From: an uncultured Candidatus Saccharibacteria bacterium
Lineage (GTDB): Bacteria > Patescibacteriota > Dojkabacteria > SC72
Length of the DNA stretch: 64,000 nucleotides
Reading direction: 5' to 3'
Assembly (NCBI GenBank): GCA_964655705.1
Contig: CAZZPP010000003.1
Span: 37,427-101,426, forward strand
In this document: positions 1-9,043 of the stretch, one piece after another
Position numbering within the stretch: position 1 is the stretch's first letter
Layout of the letters: each line of letters starts with the position of its first letter
Notes under the pieces: generated by a model
The model's input: only the letters and a program-made list of their open reading frames with translations
Databases searched by the model: none
What the model was told of the DNA's origin: nothing
Translations under genes and position numbers: made by a program

Positions 1-479
1 TACCTGTCTCTAGTTACCTTTGCTAAAATAGAGGCTGCAGATATTGAATAGTGATATATATCTCCCCCTTTAATCTTTTCCATACTATATCCCTCAATAG
101 ACTCAATATTTGTTCCATCAATTATTAGATATTCTGCTCTCTTGCCTAACATACTCTCTACTTCAATGAGTGCACCCTTCATGGCCATTTTAACAGCCTG
201 TTGGATACCATACTCATCTATTTTCCTTGAATCTACCATACATACCCCAAAGGCTAGACTATTGGCTAGAATGAAGTTGTAGGACTCCTCCCTTTGCTTC
301 TCACTCATCTTCTTACTATCTCTAACCAGTGGAGAAAGAATACTACCCTCATTAATAGCTACAGCCCCAGCACATACAGGACCTGCTAGAGGACCTCTCC
401 CTGCTTCATCAATACCTACTACATACTTAAATCCCTTCCCCCAAAGTTTCTTTTCTAATTCAATATCAGGAAATATCAT
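1..479 (-). CDS. rnhB: Ribonuclease HII; the C-terminus runs off the window start, so the CDS is partial
   Basis: Reverse-strand translation gives MIFPDIELEKKLWGKGFKYVVGIDEAGRGPLAGPVCAGAV...DSKKMSEKQRE...IIDG...SISAASILAK. These are classic RNase HII motifs. The ATG lies at 479-477. The frame is open to position 1. Confidence 0.85.
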   Translation of the reverse strand, partial: MIFPDIELEKKLWGKGFKYVVGIDEAGRGPLAGPVCAGAVAINEGSILSPLVRDSKKMSEKQREESYNFILANSLAFGVCMVDSRKIDEYGIQQAVKMAMKGALIEVESMLGKRAEYLIIDGTNIESIEGYSMEKIKGGDIYHYSISAASILAKVTRDR

Positions 480-504
480 TAATATTGTAAATATTCATTT
501 AAAT

Positions 505-792
505 ATGTATCATACTACTATGAAATCCTTCATATTATCAATATATCTCGTTTTAACCCTTTCCTTTCTCTCTGTCCCTGTTGTACATGCACAAGAAGAG
601 ATTGAAAGTGAAAGTGGTACACCAATTATTCTTGAAGAGGTTGATACACTAGCTGATGATAATGAATTAACAGAGATTGAGAATGAGCAAATATATCCTT
701 CTTTATCTTTCTTTGAAGTAACTCTCTCCCTGCTTGCACCTCTCTCTTTCATACTTTTAGGCTATTTGTTAATCAAGAAGTTGAAATTGTAA
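505..792 (+). CDS. Small secreted or membrane-anchored hypothetical protein, with a signal peptide and a C-terminal hydrophobic helix
   Basis: The 95 aa ORF has a hydrophobic N-terminus, an acidic middle and a hydrophobic C-terminus. The start may be the internal Met at 520. Confidence 0.35.
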   Translation: MYHTTMKSFILSIYLVLTLSFLSVPVVHAQEEIESESGTPIILEEVDTLADDNELTEIENEQIYPSLSFFEVTLSLLAPLSFILLGYLLIKKLKL

Positions 793-848
793 TTTCCTCA
801 ATATTCCTGTATATTTTAAAAAATATATAAATTAAAATATTTTTAACC

Positions 849-1211
849 ATGAGTACCTCAGGAGATGATTTTTTCAAAGGCCTACTTTTCGGTGCCGTTA
901 TTGGTGCAACAGCAGGTATTCTCTTAGCTCCACAATCTGGTGCAAAAACAAGAGAGGATATTAAGAAGTTAACATTAGAAATGGGAGATAGGGCCAACGA
1001 CCTCTACCTTTCAGCTAGAAAGAAGGTTGAAAAGAAGATTAAGGAAGTTAAAATGGCAGGTAAGAAGATAGATTTTGATGCTTACAAGAAATTAGTTATG
1101 CAAGTAGTAGATGAGTTAAAAAATGATACTGATGTAACCTCAGATACTGCTAAAAAGATTGGTATGAGACTTAGTGATGATTGGAATGATATGAAGGAAG
1201 CATTGCTTTAA
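849..1211 (+). CDS. YtxH-like (DUF948) general stress protein
   Basis: The N-terminal motif LLFGAVIGATAGILLAPQSGAKTRED is followed by a lysine-rich coiled region. This is typical of the YtxH family. Confidence 0.55.
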   Translation: MSTSGDDFFKGLLFGAVIGATAGILLAPQSGAKTREDIKKLTLEMGDRANDLYLSARKKVEKKIKEVKMAGKKIDFDAYKKLVMQVVDELKNDTDVTSDTAKKIGMRLSDDWNDMKEALL

Positions 1212-1253
1212 GATATTGTTTTTAGGATGAATAAATAATACAATCACGCAATT

Positions 1254-1326
1254 GCGAGAGTAGTTCAATTGGTAGAATGTCTCCTTCCCAAGGAGAAGGT
1301 TGCGGGTTCGAGCCCCGTCTCTCGCT
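1254..1326 (+). tRNA. tRNA-Gly, anticodon CCC
   Basis: Cloverleaf: acceptor GCGAGAG/CTCTCGC, D-arm GTTC..GAAT, anticodon stem TCTCC/GGAGA with loop TTCCCAA, T-arm GCGGG TTCGAGC CCCGT. No encoded CCA. Confidence 0.9.
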
Positions 1327-1391
1327 TTTGAAAAAAATTATGAATTTCCTTGTGATATAAAATATCTGATGATATAATCAAAGCAATAAAC

Positions 1392-1432
1392 GCCTGCACC
1401 AGATTTATTCTGACAGTGCAGGCTCTTATTTT
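1392..1432 (+). terminator. Intrinsic terminator after tRNA-Gly
   Basis: Hairpin GCCTGCAC-(16 nt loop)-GTGCAGGC followed by TCTTATTTT. Confidence 0.5.
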
Positions 1433-1440
1433 CACTCAAA

Positions 1441-1983
1441 ATGCCTAAAACCCAAAGAATAAAACTTTTTATAGATGGGAGTAATTTCTTTTTTTACTGT
1501 AAAGAAATTGGTATACCTTCATATCCTAAATTTGATTTTGAAAAACTTGTTAAATATCTTCTAAAGAACAGAAAGTTAGTAGGAAAAACCTACTATATTG
1601 GTGCAATTCGAGCAAAACCAAATGATCCTAAAGCACTCAAAATGATGGCAAAACAAATGAGTTTTTTCTCATACCTTAAGAAAAATGGCTGGAAAATCAA
1701 TAAAGGTTATCTATTAAGATCAAAAGGTAAGCATCACGAGAAAGGAGTGGATGTTAAGTTAGCTCTTGATTTAGTATTAGGTGCTGTAGATGACGAATTT
1801 GATGTCGCAATACTTTTGTCTTCTGACACAGATATTCTCCCAGCTGTAGAACAGGTTCAACTGAGAAACAAATCTGTTGAATATGTAGGTTTTAATCATC
1901 GTCCAAGTTTTGCAATGAGTGCAAAAAGTAAGAAGAAAATATTACTTACTAAATCAGACCTTGAGACTTTTTATGTTGTATAA
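1441..1983 (+). CDS. NYN-domain (LabA-like/DUF88) protein, a putative PIN-like ribonuclease
   Basis: Motifs IKLFIDGSNFF, KGVDVKLALD and LLSSDTDILP match the NYN/LabA signature. Confidence 0.65.
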   Translation: MPKTQRIKLFIDGSNFFFYCKEIGIPSYPKFDFEKLVKYLLKNRKLVGKTYYIGAIRAKPNDPKALKMMAKQMSFFSYLKKNGWKINKGYLLRSKGKHHEKGVDVKLALDLVLGAVDDEFDVAILLSSDTDILPAVEQVQLRNKSVEYVGFNHRPSFAMSAKSKKKILLTKSDLETFYVV

Positions 1984-1989
1984 TGACTC

Positions 1990-2391
1990 ATGATTATCCA
2001 CGCATTTAGATTAAAACCAGGCGATGATATCAAAGTTAAACTTGATAACTATGTAAAAAGAAAGAAGATTAAAGCTGGAGTTATTCTTTCTGCCGTTGGC
2101 AATATTGGCACAGCAACTATCAGACTTGCAAATGAGAATATTATAAAAAGCTATAAGGATCAATGGGGGTTTGAAATTGTATCAATTACAGGAACAATCT
2201 CTACATCTAACAATCACTTACATATATCCTTTTCTGACAAAGATGGAGGAACATATGGAGGACATCTTAATAATGGATGCATTGTTAGAATTACAGCAGA
2301 AATAGTAATAGGAGAAATTCCTAACCTTGAGTTTAAGAGGGAGCATGATAGTGAAACTGGTTTTGATGAATTAGTAGTAAAGAAAATATAA
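1990..2391 (+). CDS. PPC/DUF296 domain protein
   Basis: KAGVILSAVGNIGTATIRL ... FEIVSITGTIS ... NHLHISFSD..GGTYGGHLNNGCIV matches the PPC (DUF296) fold signature. Confidence 0.6.
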   Translation: MIIHAFRLKPGDDIKVKLDNYVKRKKIKAGVILSAVGNIGTATIRLANENIIKSYKDQWGFEIVSITGTISTSNNHLHISFSDKDGGTYGGHLNNGCIVRITAEIVIGEIPNLEFKREHDSETGFDELVVKKI

Positions 2392-2438
2392 TAATTATTG
2401 ATTAAATCCCACCCCTCTGTTACAATCATGTTACGATT

Positions 2439-2511
2439 GCTGGTGTAGCTCAGTTGGTAGAGCATTCCCTTCGTAAGGGATAGGTCGACGGTTCGATCCC
2501 GCCCACCAGCT
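2439..2511 (+). tRNA. tRNA-Thr, anticodon CGT
   Basis: Acceptor GCTGGTG/CACCAGC, D-arm GCTC AGTTGGTA GAGC, anticodon loop TTCGTAA, T-loop TTCGATC. There is one mismatch in the anticodon stem and one in the T-stem. No encoded CCA. Confidence 0.8.
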
Positions 2512-2524
2512 TACTCATATACAC

Positions 2525-3616
2525 ATGGATACACACAAATATACAATTACAAATCTAATCCTTAACTATATTGTTAAGTATGAACTAGCTATTCAGACCA
2601 TTAATAATACCGTTATTCCTAGTCCCTTGCTTTTTGAAGTTACTGAGAAGTTAAGAACAGAGGAGATAGATAAGTTAGGTGAGTTAATTGCATATCCAAT
2701 TGGATACAACAAATCTTTAACTGTACAAAGAGGACAGGTTACTCCATCTTACAAAACTAAATTAAAGATATTTACAAATTTCAAAAATGTTCAAGACTTC
2801 ATTGACTCGTATACCATTAAAAGTAATCTTAAACCCTCAATTGAACTCTCTACACATCTAAACAAAATATTAATGAAGGATATTGTAGAACCATGGGATC
2901 AAGGAAGATTGAAAAACTTTTCAGAAAAACCCTTTGACCTTTTTGACTCATGGTATCCCCTTCGTGATTACTACCCCAATATTGATTCAAGATATCACTT
3001 TAACGATCTTTTTAATTGGATAACTAATTCCTCCACTGGAACACATAAGTTAATACAGTTGTGTATACTTCTTTACGAATATATTGATAAGGCGCCATTT
3101 TTTAGTGGTAACCAAATTACTGCAATAGCTACATTAAAAATACTAAGTAAAATATATGGCCTTAATCCCCATAATATCGTTCCTTTTTCAAAGGCTCTCT
3201 TTACAATTAGTGAAGATATACAATCGGCATTTAAAATATCCAAAGGTAAAAGAGATCTAACAATCTTCATTGAAGCAATACTGTATACCCTTTCTCTTAC
3301 TGTAATTGATACTTCTAAAAGAGTAACACAGGAGTATGATACTAAACTAAACATAAGGAAAGGCCTTAGTAAAGATTTAAATCAAAGACAGATTAAAATT
3401 ATTGAATACCTAAATAGTAATCCCAGTGTAACTAGAAACGCTTACTCCAAAATGATGGGGGTGTCATTCATGACTTCTTACAGAGACTTACAAGACCTAA
3501 TATCCAAGGAATATATCTCTCAGAAGGGACAAGGAAGAGGTACATACTACTTCATACCTGATCAAGATACCCAAGAACAAGAAAGAGTTGAAAGAGAAAT
3601 TAAACTTTTTACCTAA
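2525..3616 (+). CDS. Fic/DOC-family protein with a degenerate Fic motif and a C-terminal winged-helix domain
   Basis: The core at aa 189-201 reads APFFSGNQITAIA, against the consensus HPFx[DE]GNGRxxR. The C-terminal segment IEYLNSNPSVTRNAYSKMMGVSFMTSYRDLQDLISKEYISQKGQGRGTYY is a typical Fic C-terminal wHTH. Confidence 0.6.
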   Translation: MDTHKYTITNLILNYIVKYELAIQTINNTVIPSPLLFEVTEKLRTEEIDKLGELIAYPIGYNKSLTVQRGQVTPSYKTKLKIFTNFKNVQDFIDSYTIKSNLKPSIELSTHLNKILMKDIVEPWDQGRLKNFSEKPFDLFDSWYPLRDYYPNIDSRYHFNDLFNWITNSSTGTHKLIQLCILLYEYIDKAPFFSGNQITAIATLKILSKIYGLNPHNIVPFSKALFTISEDIQSAFKISKGKRDLTIFIEAILYTLSLTVIDTSKRVTQEYDTKLNIRKGLSKDLNQRQIKIIEYLNSNPSVTRNAYSKMMGVSFMTSYRDLQDLISKEYISQKGQGRGTYYFIPDQDTQEQERVEREIKLFT

Positions 3617-3653
3617 ATTGCGATTGTAATATATAACTGATATCATTTTTAAT

Positions 3654-5174
3654 ATGATTGATACATCTAAATATGACATAATTATTGGCTTAGAGATACA
3701 TATACAGAGTAAAACAGACTCTAAAATGTTTTGCTCATGTCCAACCCATTACTTTGAAAAAGAGCCAAATACACATGTATGCCCCGTATGCTTAGGATTA
3801 CCAGGGGCATTACCTGTCCCAAACAGAAGAGCTATTGAATTGTGCATACTTCTGGGTTTAGCTACTAATTGTGATATTGATTCAGAGATTCACTTTGACA
3901 GGAAACATTACTTCTATCCCGATTTACCTAAAGGATATCAGATTAGTCAATACAAAAGACCCATATGCTCTGATGGATATATTGATATTAAGGATGAAGA
4001 TGGCAAAAAGTATACCATTGGGATTGAAAGAATTCACCAAGAAGAAGATGTAGCGAAATCAACACACCACAAAGAATCCTCTACTGGATTAGAGTACTCA
4101 CTAATTGATTACAACAAATCAGGAGTTCCTCTAATTGAAATTGTAAGTAAGCCAAATATTAGAAGTGCATATCAAGCTAGGGAGTATGCAAATAAAGTAA
4201 GACAGATTGTAAGATATCTAAATATCTCGGATGCTGACATGGAGAAAGGTCAAATGAGATGCGAACCAAACATCTCCATCCAAGAAAAAAGAAAGTGGGA
4301 ATACAAGGATGGAAAAATTCTACCTGTTGACAATTACATACTAAATTTAAAGTCCGAAATAAAAAATATTGGTTCAATATCTGCTGTTGAAAAATCAATC
4401 GACTATGAAGTTCAAAGAATGATTAAAGAATTAGAGACAGGTAAAACTTTAATACAACAAACAAGAGGATGGAATGCTGATAAAGGTATAACAGAATTCC
4501 AAAGATCTAAAGAAACTGCAGATGATTACAGATATATGCCTGATCCTGATATCCCCCTAATTAATATATCTGTAGAGGATATTGAAAAAATTAGTAAAGA
4601 GTTAGTAGAACTACCAAGTGAGAAAATAGAGAGATATCATCAAGAGTACGACCTTTCAGATTACGATTGTAATGTACTTACAGCTGATAGAGATATATCA
4701 AAATACTTCGAGGATGTTCTTAATCTTCTCTCAGAGGGTAATGATATTAAAAAGGTTGCTAAATCTGCTTCTAATTGGATTACAGGTGCAATCTTCTCAA
4801 TAGCCAATGATAGAAAGATAGATATTAACGAAGAGAATATTCCGAAGGCTGATTTGGTACACTTAATTAGGGTATTCGAAGAGAACAGATTAACAAGAAG
4901 TAAAGCTGAAGAGTTACTGAGAGAGTCTCTAGGAAATGACAAGCACCTAAATGAACTAATAGAGAATGCCTTAACAGAAAGCATAAAGAGTTCAAGTAAC
5001 TTAGGTGATATTGTAGATACAGTTATTTCTAACAATCCTAAAGCAATACAAGATTACAAATCAGGAAAACAAACTACTATTGGTTTTCTAATAGGGCAAG
5101 TAATGAAACAGACAAAAGGTACAGCAGATCCTAATGAGGCTAAATCAGTTTTAATAGAAAAATTAAATGGATAG
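3654..5174 (+). CDS. gatB: Asp-tRNA(Asn)/Glu-tRNA(Gln) amidotransferase subunit B
   Basis: IIGLEIHIQSKTDSKMFCSC..., a HQEEDVAKS-type core and the C-terminal YqeY-like tail QDYKSGKQTTIGFLIGQVMK are all present. Confidence 0.9.
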   Translation: MIDTSKYDIIIGLEIHIQSKTDSKMFCSCPTHYFEKEPNTHVCPVCLGLPGALPVPNRRAIELCILLGLATNCDIDSEIHFDRKHYFYPDLPKGYQISQYKRPICSDGYIDIKDEDGKKYTIGIERIHQEEDVAKSTHHKESSTGLEYSLIDYNKSGVPLIEIVSKPNIRSAYQAREYANKVRQIVRYLNISDADMEKGQMRCEPNISIQEKRKWEYKDGKILPVDNYILNLKSEIKNIGSISAVEKSIDYEVQRMIKELETGKTLIQQTRGWNADKGITEFQRSKETADDYRYMPDPDIPLINISVEDIEKISKELVELPSEKIERYHQEYDLSDYDCNVLTADRDISKYFEDVLNLLSEGNDIKKVAKSASNWITGAIFSIANDRKIDINEENIPKADLVHLIRVFEENRLTRSKAEELLRESLGNDKHLNELIENALTESIKSSSNLGDIVDTVISNNPKAIQDYKSGKQTTIGFLIGQVMKQTKGTADPNEAKSVLIEKLNG

Positions 5175-5463
5175 TAAAACTCTTAAACATATCTCAGAGC
5201 TTTCTAGAATATCTCTTACAGATAGGGAGTTAGAAGAGTTTACTCCTCAAATGGAAACCATATTAGATAGTGCTAAAAAATTACAAGAAGTAGATACAAC
5301 AAATGTTTCCCCTATGAAAAGACATCTACCCTTTAATTCTCTTAGAGAAGATACCCCAGGGGATAGCCTCTCTCAAGAGGAAGTACTGCGTAATGCTAAT
5401 CACAAAGAGAATGGTTATGTAAAGGTATATGGAAAGATATTCGGGAGTATTGAAGAAAGCTAA
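5167..5463 (+). CDS. gatC: Amidotransferase subunit C
   Basis: 98 aa: ISELSRISLTDRELEEFTPQMETILDSAKKLQEVDTTNVSPM matches GatC. It overlaps the gatB stop by 8 nt. Confidence 0.8.
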   Translation: MDSKTLKHISELSRISLTDRELEEFTPQMETILDSAKKLQEVDTTNVSPMKRHLPFNSLREDTPGDSLSQEEVLRNANHKENGYVKVYGKIFGSIEES

Positions 5464-5511
5464 TCTCTTTGTATAATAACATCTTTTTTAGTAAAATATA
5501 ATGTATTCTTA

Positions 5512-5597
5512 GCCGAGATGGTGAAACTGGCAGACACGCTTGCCTTAGGAGCAAGTGGGAATAATATCCCTTGGAGGTTCGAGTCCTCTTCTCGGCA
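5512..5597 (+). tRNA. tRNA-Leu, anticodon TAG
   Basis: Acceptor GCCGAGA/TCTCGGC, anticodon stem CTTGC/GCAAG with loop CTTAGGA, long variable arm and T-loop TTCGAGT. Confidence 0.9.
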
Positions 5598-5620
5598 TAT
5601 ATATATTTAGTCAATTAAAC

Positions 5621-5863
5621 ATGGGAATAAAAATCATATCACCTTTTCAAAAAGTCTTACTTCAAAAAAGATTGTGCGTAGGATGTACTGCTTCATTGGA
5701 CAAAGCCAAAAAATTAGGCAAACTATCTGAAAGAAGAGAGTTAGTAGAGTGTAAATGTAAACGAAGATATGTATATAATAAGGAGTTTAATGAGTACCAA
5801 AGAGCAACTATTGCAGAAGAGCAACAGTTCTTAAGAGACCTTAACAAAAAACCTTTGTTGTAG
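5621..5863 (+). CDS. Small Cys-containing hypothetical protein, possibly a zinc ribbon
   Basis: The ORF-track start at 5555 overlaps tRNA-Leu. The internal ATG at 5621 (MGIKIISPFQK...) avoids that overlap. It contains CVGC ... CKC cysteine pairs. Confidence 0.3.
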   Translation: MGIKIISPFQKVLLQKRLCVGCTASLDKAKKLGKLSERRELVECKCKRRYVYNKEFNEYQRATIAEEQQFLRDLNKKPLL

Positions 5864-5881
5864 TAGAATCACTAGATGTAT

Positions 5882-5954
5882 GCCGCTATCGTCTAGTGGA
5901 CTAGGACGACAGGTTTTCATCCTGTAAACCGGGGTTCGATTCCCCGTAGCGGTA
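5882..5954 (+). tRNA. tRNA-Glu, anticodon TTC
   Basis: Acceptor GCCGCTA/TAGCGGT with a G1:U72 wobble. Anticodon stem ACAGG/CCTGT with loop TTTTCAT. T-arm CGGGG TTCGATT CCCCG. Confidence 0.85.
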
Positions 5955-5978
5955 AATATAATTTAATGCCCCAAATTA

Positions 5979-6578
5979 ATGTACGAAGTATCAACAAAAG
6001 AGCTAAGTAATCAAGCAAAAGCCACTCAGTTTCTAGGATCTATTGGTAAAGCCATATACTCCTTGATTGAGACAATACTCGTTGCATTAGTTTTAGCCAT
6101 TGTACTGTACCTTTTCATAATGACTCCCCATGAAGTTGTAGGAAACTCAATGTACCCTACTTACAAGAATGGAGAATTCCTAATGGCAAACAAAATCTCA
6201 TACAAGGTATCAGATCCTCAAAGAGGTGATGTAATAATCTTTAAGTTTTCAGAATCACAAGACTTCATAAAAAGAGTAATAGGTACTCCAGGTGACGAAG
6301 TTATGATTAAGGATGGGAAGATATATATTAATGGAGAACTACTTGATGAATCTGACTATCTTGACTCCTCAGTTATAACTAATGGAGGATCATATTTACA
6401 TGAGGGACAAACGATAACTATTGGTGATGGGCAATACTTTGTATCTGGAGATAACAGAACAAATAGTTCTGATTCTAGAGATTTTGGACCTATTCAGATG
6501 GATGCAATCAAGGGTAAGGCATGGATAGTATACTTCCCCTTTACAGAATTCAGAGTTGTTAAACATCAAACATACTAA
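5979..6578 (+). CDS. lepB: Signal peptidase I
   Basis: One N-terminal TM helix, then GNSMYPT (the Ser box), GDVIIFK, KRVIGTPGDEV and GDNRTNSSDSRDFGPI boxes. Confidence 0.85.
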   Translation: MYEVSTKELSNQAKATQFLGSIGKAIYSLIETILVALVLAIVLYLFIMTPHEVVGNSMYPTYKNGEFLMANKISYKVSDPQRGDVIIFKFSESQDFIKRVIGTPGDEVMIKDGKIYINGELLDESDYLDSSVITNGGSYLHEGQTITIGDGQYFVSGDNRTNSSDSRDFGPIQMDAIKGKAWIVYFPFTEFRVVKHQTY

Positions 6579-6616
6579 CATTGGACTATGTCTGTGAAAC
6601 ATGATAGATTATCAAT

Positions 6617-7408
6617 ATGGAAATTTTTGTAATTGCTAATCAAAAAGGTGGTGTAGGAAAAACTACTACTACACTTAATCTAGGTGCAGGAATTGCCAAA
6701 AGAGGAAAGAAAATATTGCTAATTGATTTAGATCCTCAGGCAAATCTCTCCTCTGGAATAGGATTTACTCAACAGTTTGACAAAGATAGTTGGGATACCA
6801 ATCAACAAGCACCATACAAAAATATATATGATGTACTAATTAACTCTGTACCAATACGCTCTGTTTTTGTATCTACATCTACACCTAATCTCTTTTTAAT
6901 TCCCTCCCACCTATCTCTTGCAGGTGCAGAGATAGAGATGGTAAGTATGATTTCTAGAGAAACTCTTTTAAAAAAGGCTATAGATGAAGTTAAAGGTGAT
7001 TTTGATGCAGTCATTATTGATTGTCCACCCTCTTTAGGCCTACTTACAATTAATGCACTAAGTGCTGCAGATAACCTCTTAATCCCAATACAGTGTGAAT
7101 ACTTTGCACTAGAAGGTCTAGGACAATTAATTAATACAATGAAATTAATTAAAGGTATTAACTCTTCACTTAAACTAGGTGGTGTTATTCTTACTATGTA
7201 TGATAGTAGAACAAAACTTTCTTCTAATGTTGTAAACGATGTTCAAGACTTCTTTAAAGAGTTAGCCTTTGAATCAATTGTACCAAGAAATGTAAGACTC
7301 TCTGAGGCTCCTTCATATGGTAAAACAATATTCCAATACGATTCTAAATCAACCGGGGCTATAGCATACAACAATTTAGCTAAAGAGTTTATTAAAAGAT
7401 TTCTTTAA
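6617..7408 (+). CDS. parA: Chromosome partitioning ATPase ParA/Soj
   Basis: A deviant Walker A NQKGGVGKTTTT plus typical ParA core motifs. Confidence 0.9.
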   Translation: MEIFVIANQKGGVGKTTTTLNLGAGIAKRGKKILLIDLDPQANLSSGIGFTQQFDKDSWDTNQQAPYKNIYDVLINSVPIRSVFVSTSTPNLFLIPSHLSLAGAEIEMVSMISRETLLKKAIDEVKGDFDAVIIDCPPSLGLLTINALSAADNLLIPIQCEYFALEGLGQLINTMKLIKGINSSLKLGGVILTMYDSRTKLSSNVVNDVQDFFKELAFESIVPRNVRLSEAPSYGKTIFQYDSKSTGAIAYNNLAKEFIKRFL

Positions 7409-7425
7409 TTTTTAAATATATTACT

Positions 7426-8298
7426 ATGGAAGAGAAAAGATTAGGTAAAGGTTTAGCAGCATTAATTGATTCAAAAGAAATAGACAATTCCTCAAGTTCA
7501 TACAGAGAAAAATTTGATATTACAAAAATATTGCCTAATCCCTTTCAACCAAGAATGCATATTGAACCAGACGAATTAATCGGATTAGCAGATTCAATTA
7601 GGGAAAGTGGCGTTATACAACCTCTCATTGTAACTAAGGACAAGAACTCAGACAAATACCTAATTATTGCTGGAGAAAGAAGATTTAGGGCAGCACAACT
7701 AGCTGGATTGAAGTATATACCCATAGTCATTAAGGAGTCTTCACCTCAACAAATGCTTGAGTTGGCACTCATTGAGAATATCCAAAGACAAGATCTTAAT
7801 CCAATTGAAGAGGCATATGCTTTTGTACAATTACAAGATGAGTTTGGACTACCACAGGATGAAATTGCTACTAAGGTTGGACTTAACAGAGTTACAATAT
7901 CAAACAAGATGAGACTTTTGAAATTACCCGATCCTGTTAAAGAGGTAGTTCTAAATGAAACAATATCTGAGGGTCACGCTAGAGCCTTACTAGGCATTAA
8001 AGAGGACGAGTCCCTAATAGCGGCAACTGATATTGTAATTAAGAGAGGCTTAAGTGTTAGACAAACAGAATCTCTTGTAAGAAAGATTAACTATGGTAAG
8101 AGTGCAAAATACAAAAGTATTCAAACTGAATATCCTGATTTACTTAGATATGGTGAAATGTTAACTAAAAAGATTGGATTCAGTACTAGCGTAAGAAGAC
8201 TTAGCAAAGGAGGAAGAGTAATTATTAGGTTTATGAGTAAGAGTGATTTAGAAGAGCTGTTAAAGAAACTAGGGTTAGACAACTTTGATGAAGTCTAG
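7426..8298 (+). CDS. parB: Chromosome partitioning protein ParB/Spo0J
   Basis: GKGLAALI at the N-terminus and a ParB box with GERRFRAA. It lies directly downstream of parA. Confidence 0.9.
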   Translation: MEEKRLGKGLAALIDSKEIDNSSSSYREKFDITKILPNPFQPRMHIEPDELIGLADSIRESGVIQPLIVTKDKNSDKYLIIAGERRFRAAQLAGLKYIPIVIKESSPQQMLELALIENIQRQDLNPIEEAYAFVQLQDEFGLPQDEIATKVGLNRVTISNKMRLLKLPDPVKEVVLNETISEGHARALLGIKEDESLIAATDIVIKRGLSVRQTESLVRKINYGKSAKYKSIQTEYPDLLRYGEMLTKKIGFSTSVRRLSKGGRVIIRFMSKSDLEELLKKLGLDNFDEV

Positions 8299-9038
8299 GA
8301 AACTTCCTGTCTAAGTTTCTCATACATTAATACACCAGCACTAACACTAACATTAAGAGATCCAATACCCTCTCTCATAGGGATAGATACCTTCTTATCT
8401 ACTCTTTCTAGCATACCCGTTGATATACCAGTATCTTCTGCTCCTAATACAAAGGCAACAGGACCCGTTAAATCTGTATCAAAGTAAGTATCCCCTTCCA
8501 TATGTACACCAAAAATTTTAATACCTTCCTTTGATAGTCTTTTAACAGCCGCAAACAGATTCATTTCTACTAAAGGAATTCTTTCAGCAGCACCCATTGA
8601 TATCCTAATAGTCTCATCAGTAATTAAATTTACATCACTAGGATGAGATATTATGCCATTAACACCAGTTGCAAATGCAGTTCTCATAATAGCTGCAATA
8701 TTTTGAGTATATTTAATATCATCCAATATTAAAAAGAAGGGTATTTTATTTTCCTTGTATATACTTTCTAGAAGTTCATCTAAGTCCCATTGATTTTGAG
8801 AAAACATCATACCAACAACACTCTCAGAAGTAGATGCCCTTAGTCTTCTCATTAAGGTTTTTTTAGGCACTCTAATTATGGGAATTTTATGATCCTCTGC
8901 CAATTGAACAATCTCTTTGGTCTTCTCATCTCTATATGCGCTACTTGCTAAATATATACGCTCAAAATCCCTACCCTCTCTTAGTAGTTCTAATAGTGCA
9001 TTCTTACTTTCAATTTGGATAAATCTTTCTTTACTCAT
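8295..9038 (-). CDS. SpoU/TrmH-family RNA 2'-O-methyltransferase (RlmB-like)
   Basis: The C-terminal SPOUT motifs FVLGAEDTGIS and IPMREGIGSLNVSVSAGV are present. Confidence 0.75.
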   Translation of the reverse strand: MSKERFIQIESKNALLELLREGRDFERIYLASSAYRDEKTKEIVQLAEDHKIPIIRVPKKTLMRRLRASTSESVVGMMFSQNQWDLDELLESIYKENKIPFFLILDDIKYTQNIAAIMRTAFATGVNGIISHPSDVNLITDETIRISMGAAERIPLVEMNLFAAVKRLSKEGIKIFGVHMEGDTYFDTDLTGPVAFVLGAEDTGISTGMLERVDKKVSIPMREGIGSLNVSVSAGVLMYEKLRQEVS

Positions 9039-9043
9039 CTCTA

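Noticed and set aside
5555-5620. The ORF-track start of the 102 aa ORF overlapping tRNA-Leu.
   Set aside because: The first 22 codons are read straight through the tRNA-Leu 3' half. The internal ATG at 5621 is the plausible start, if the gene is real.
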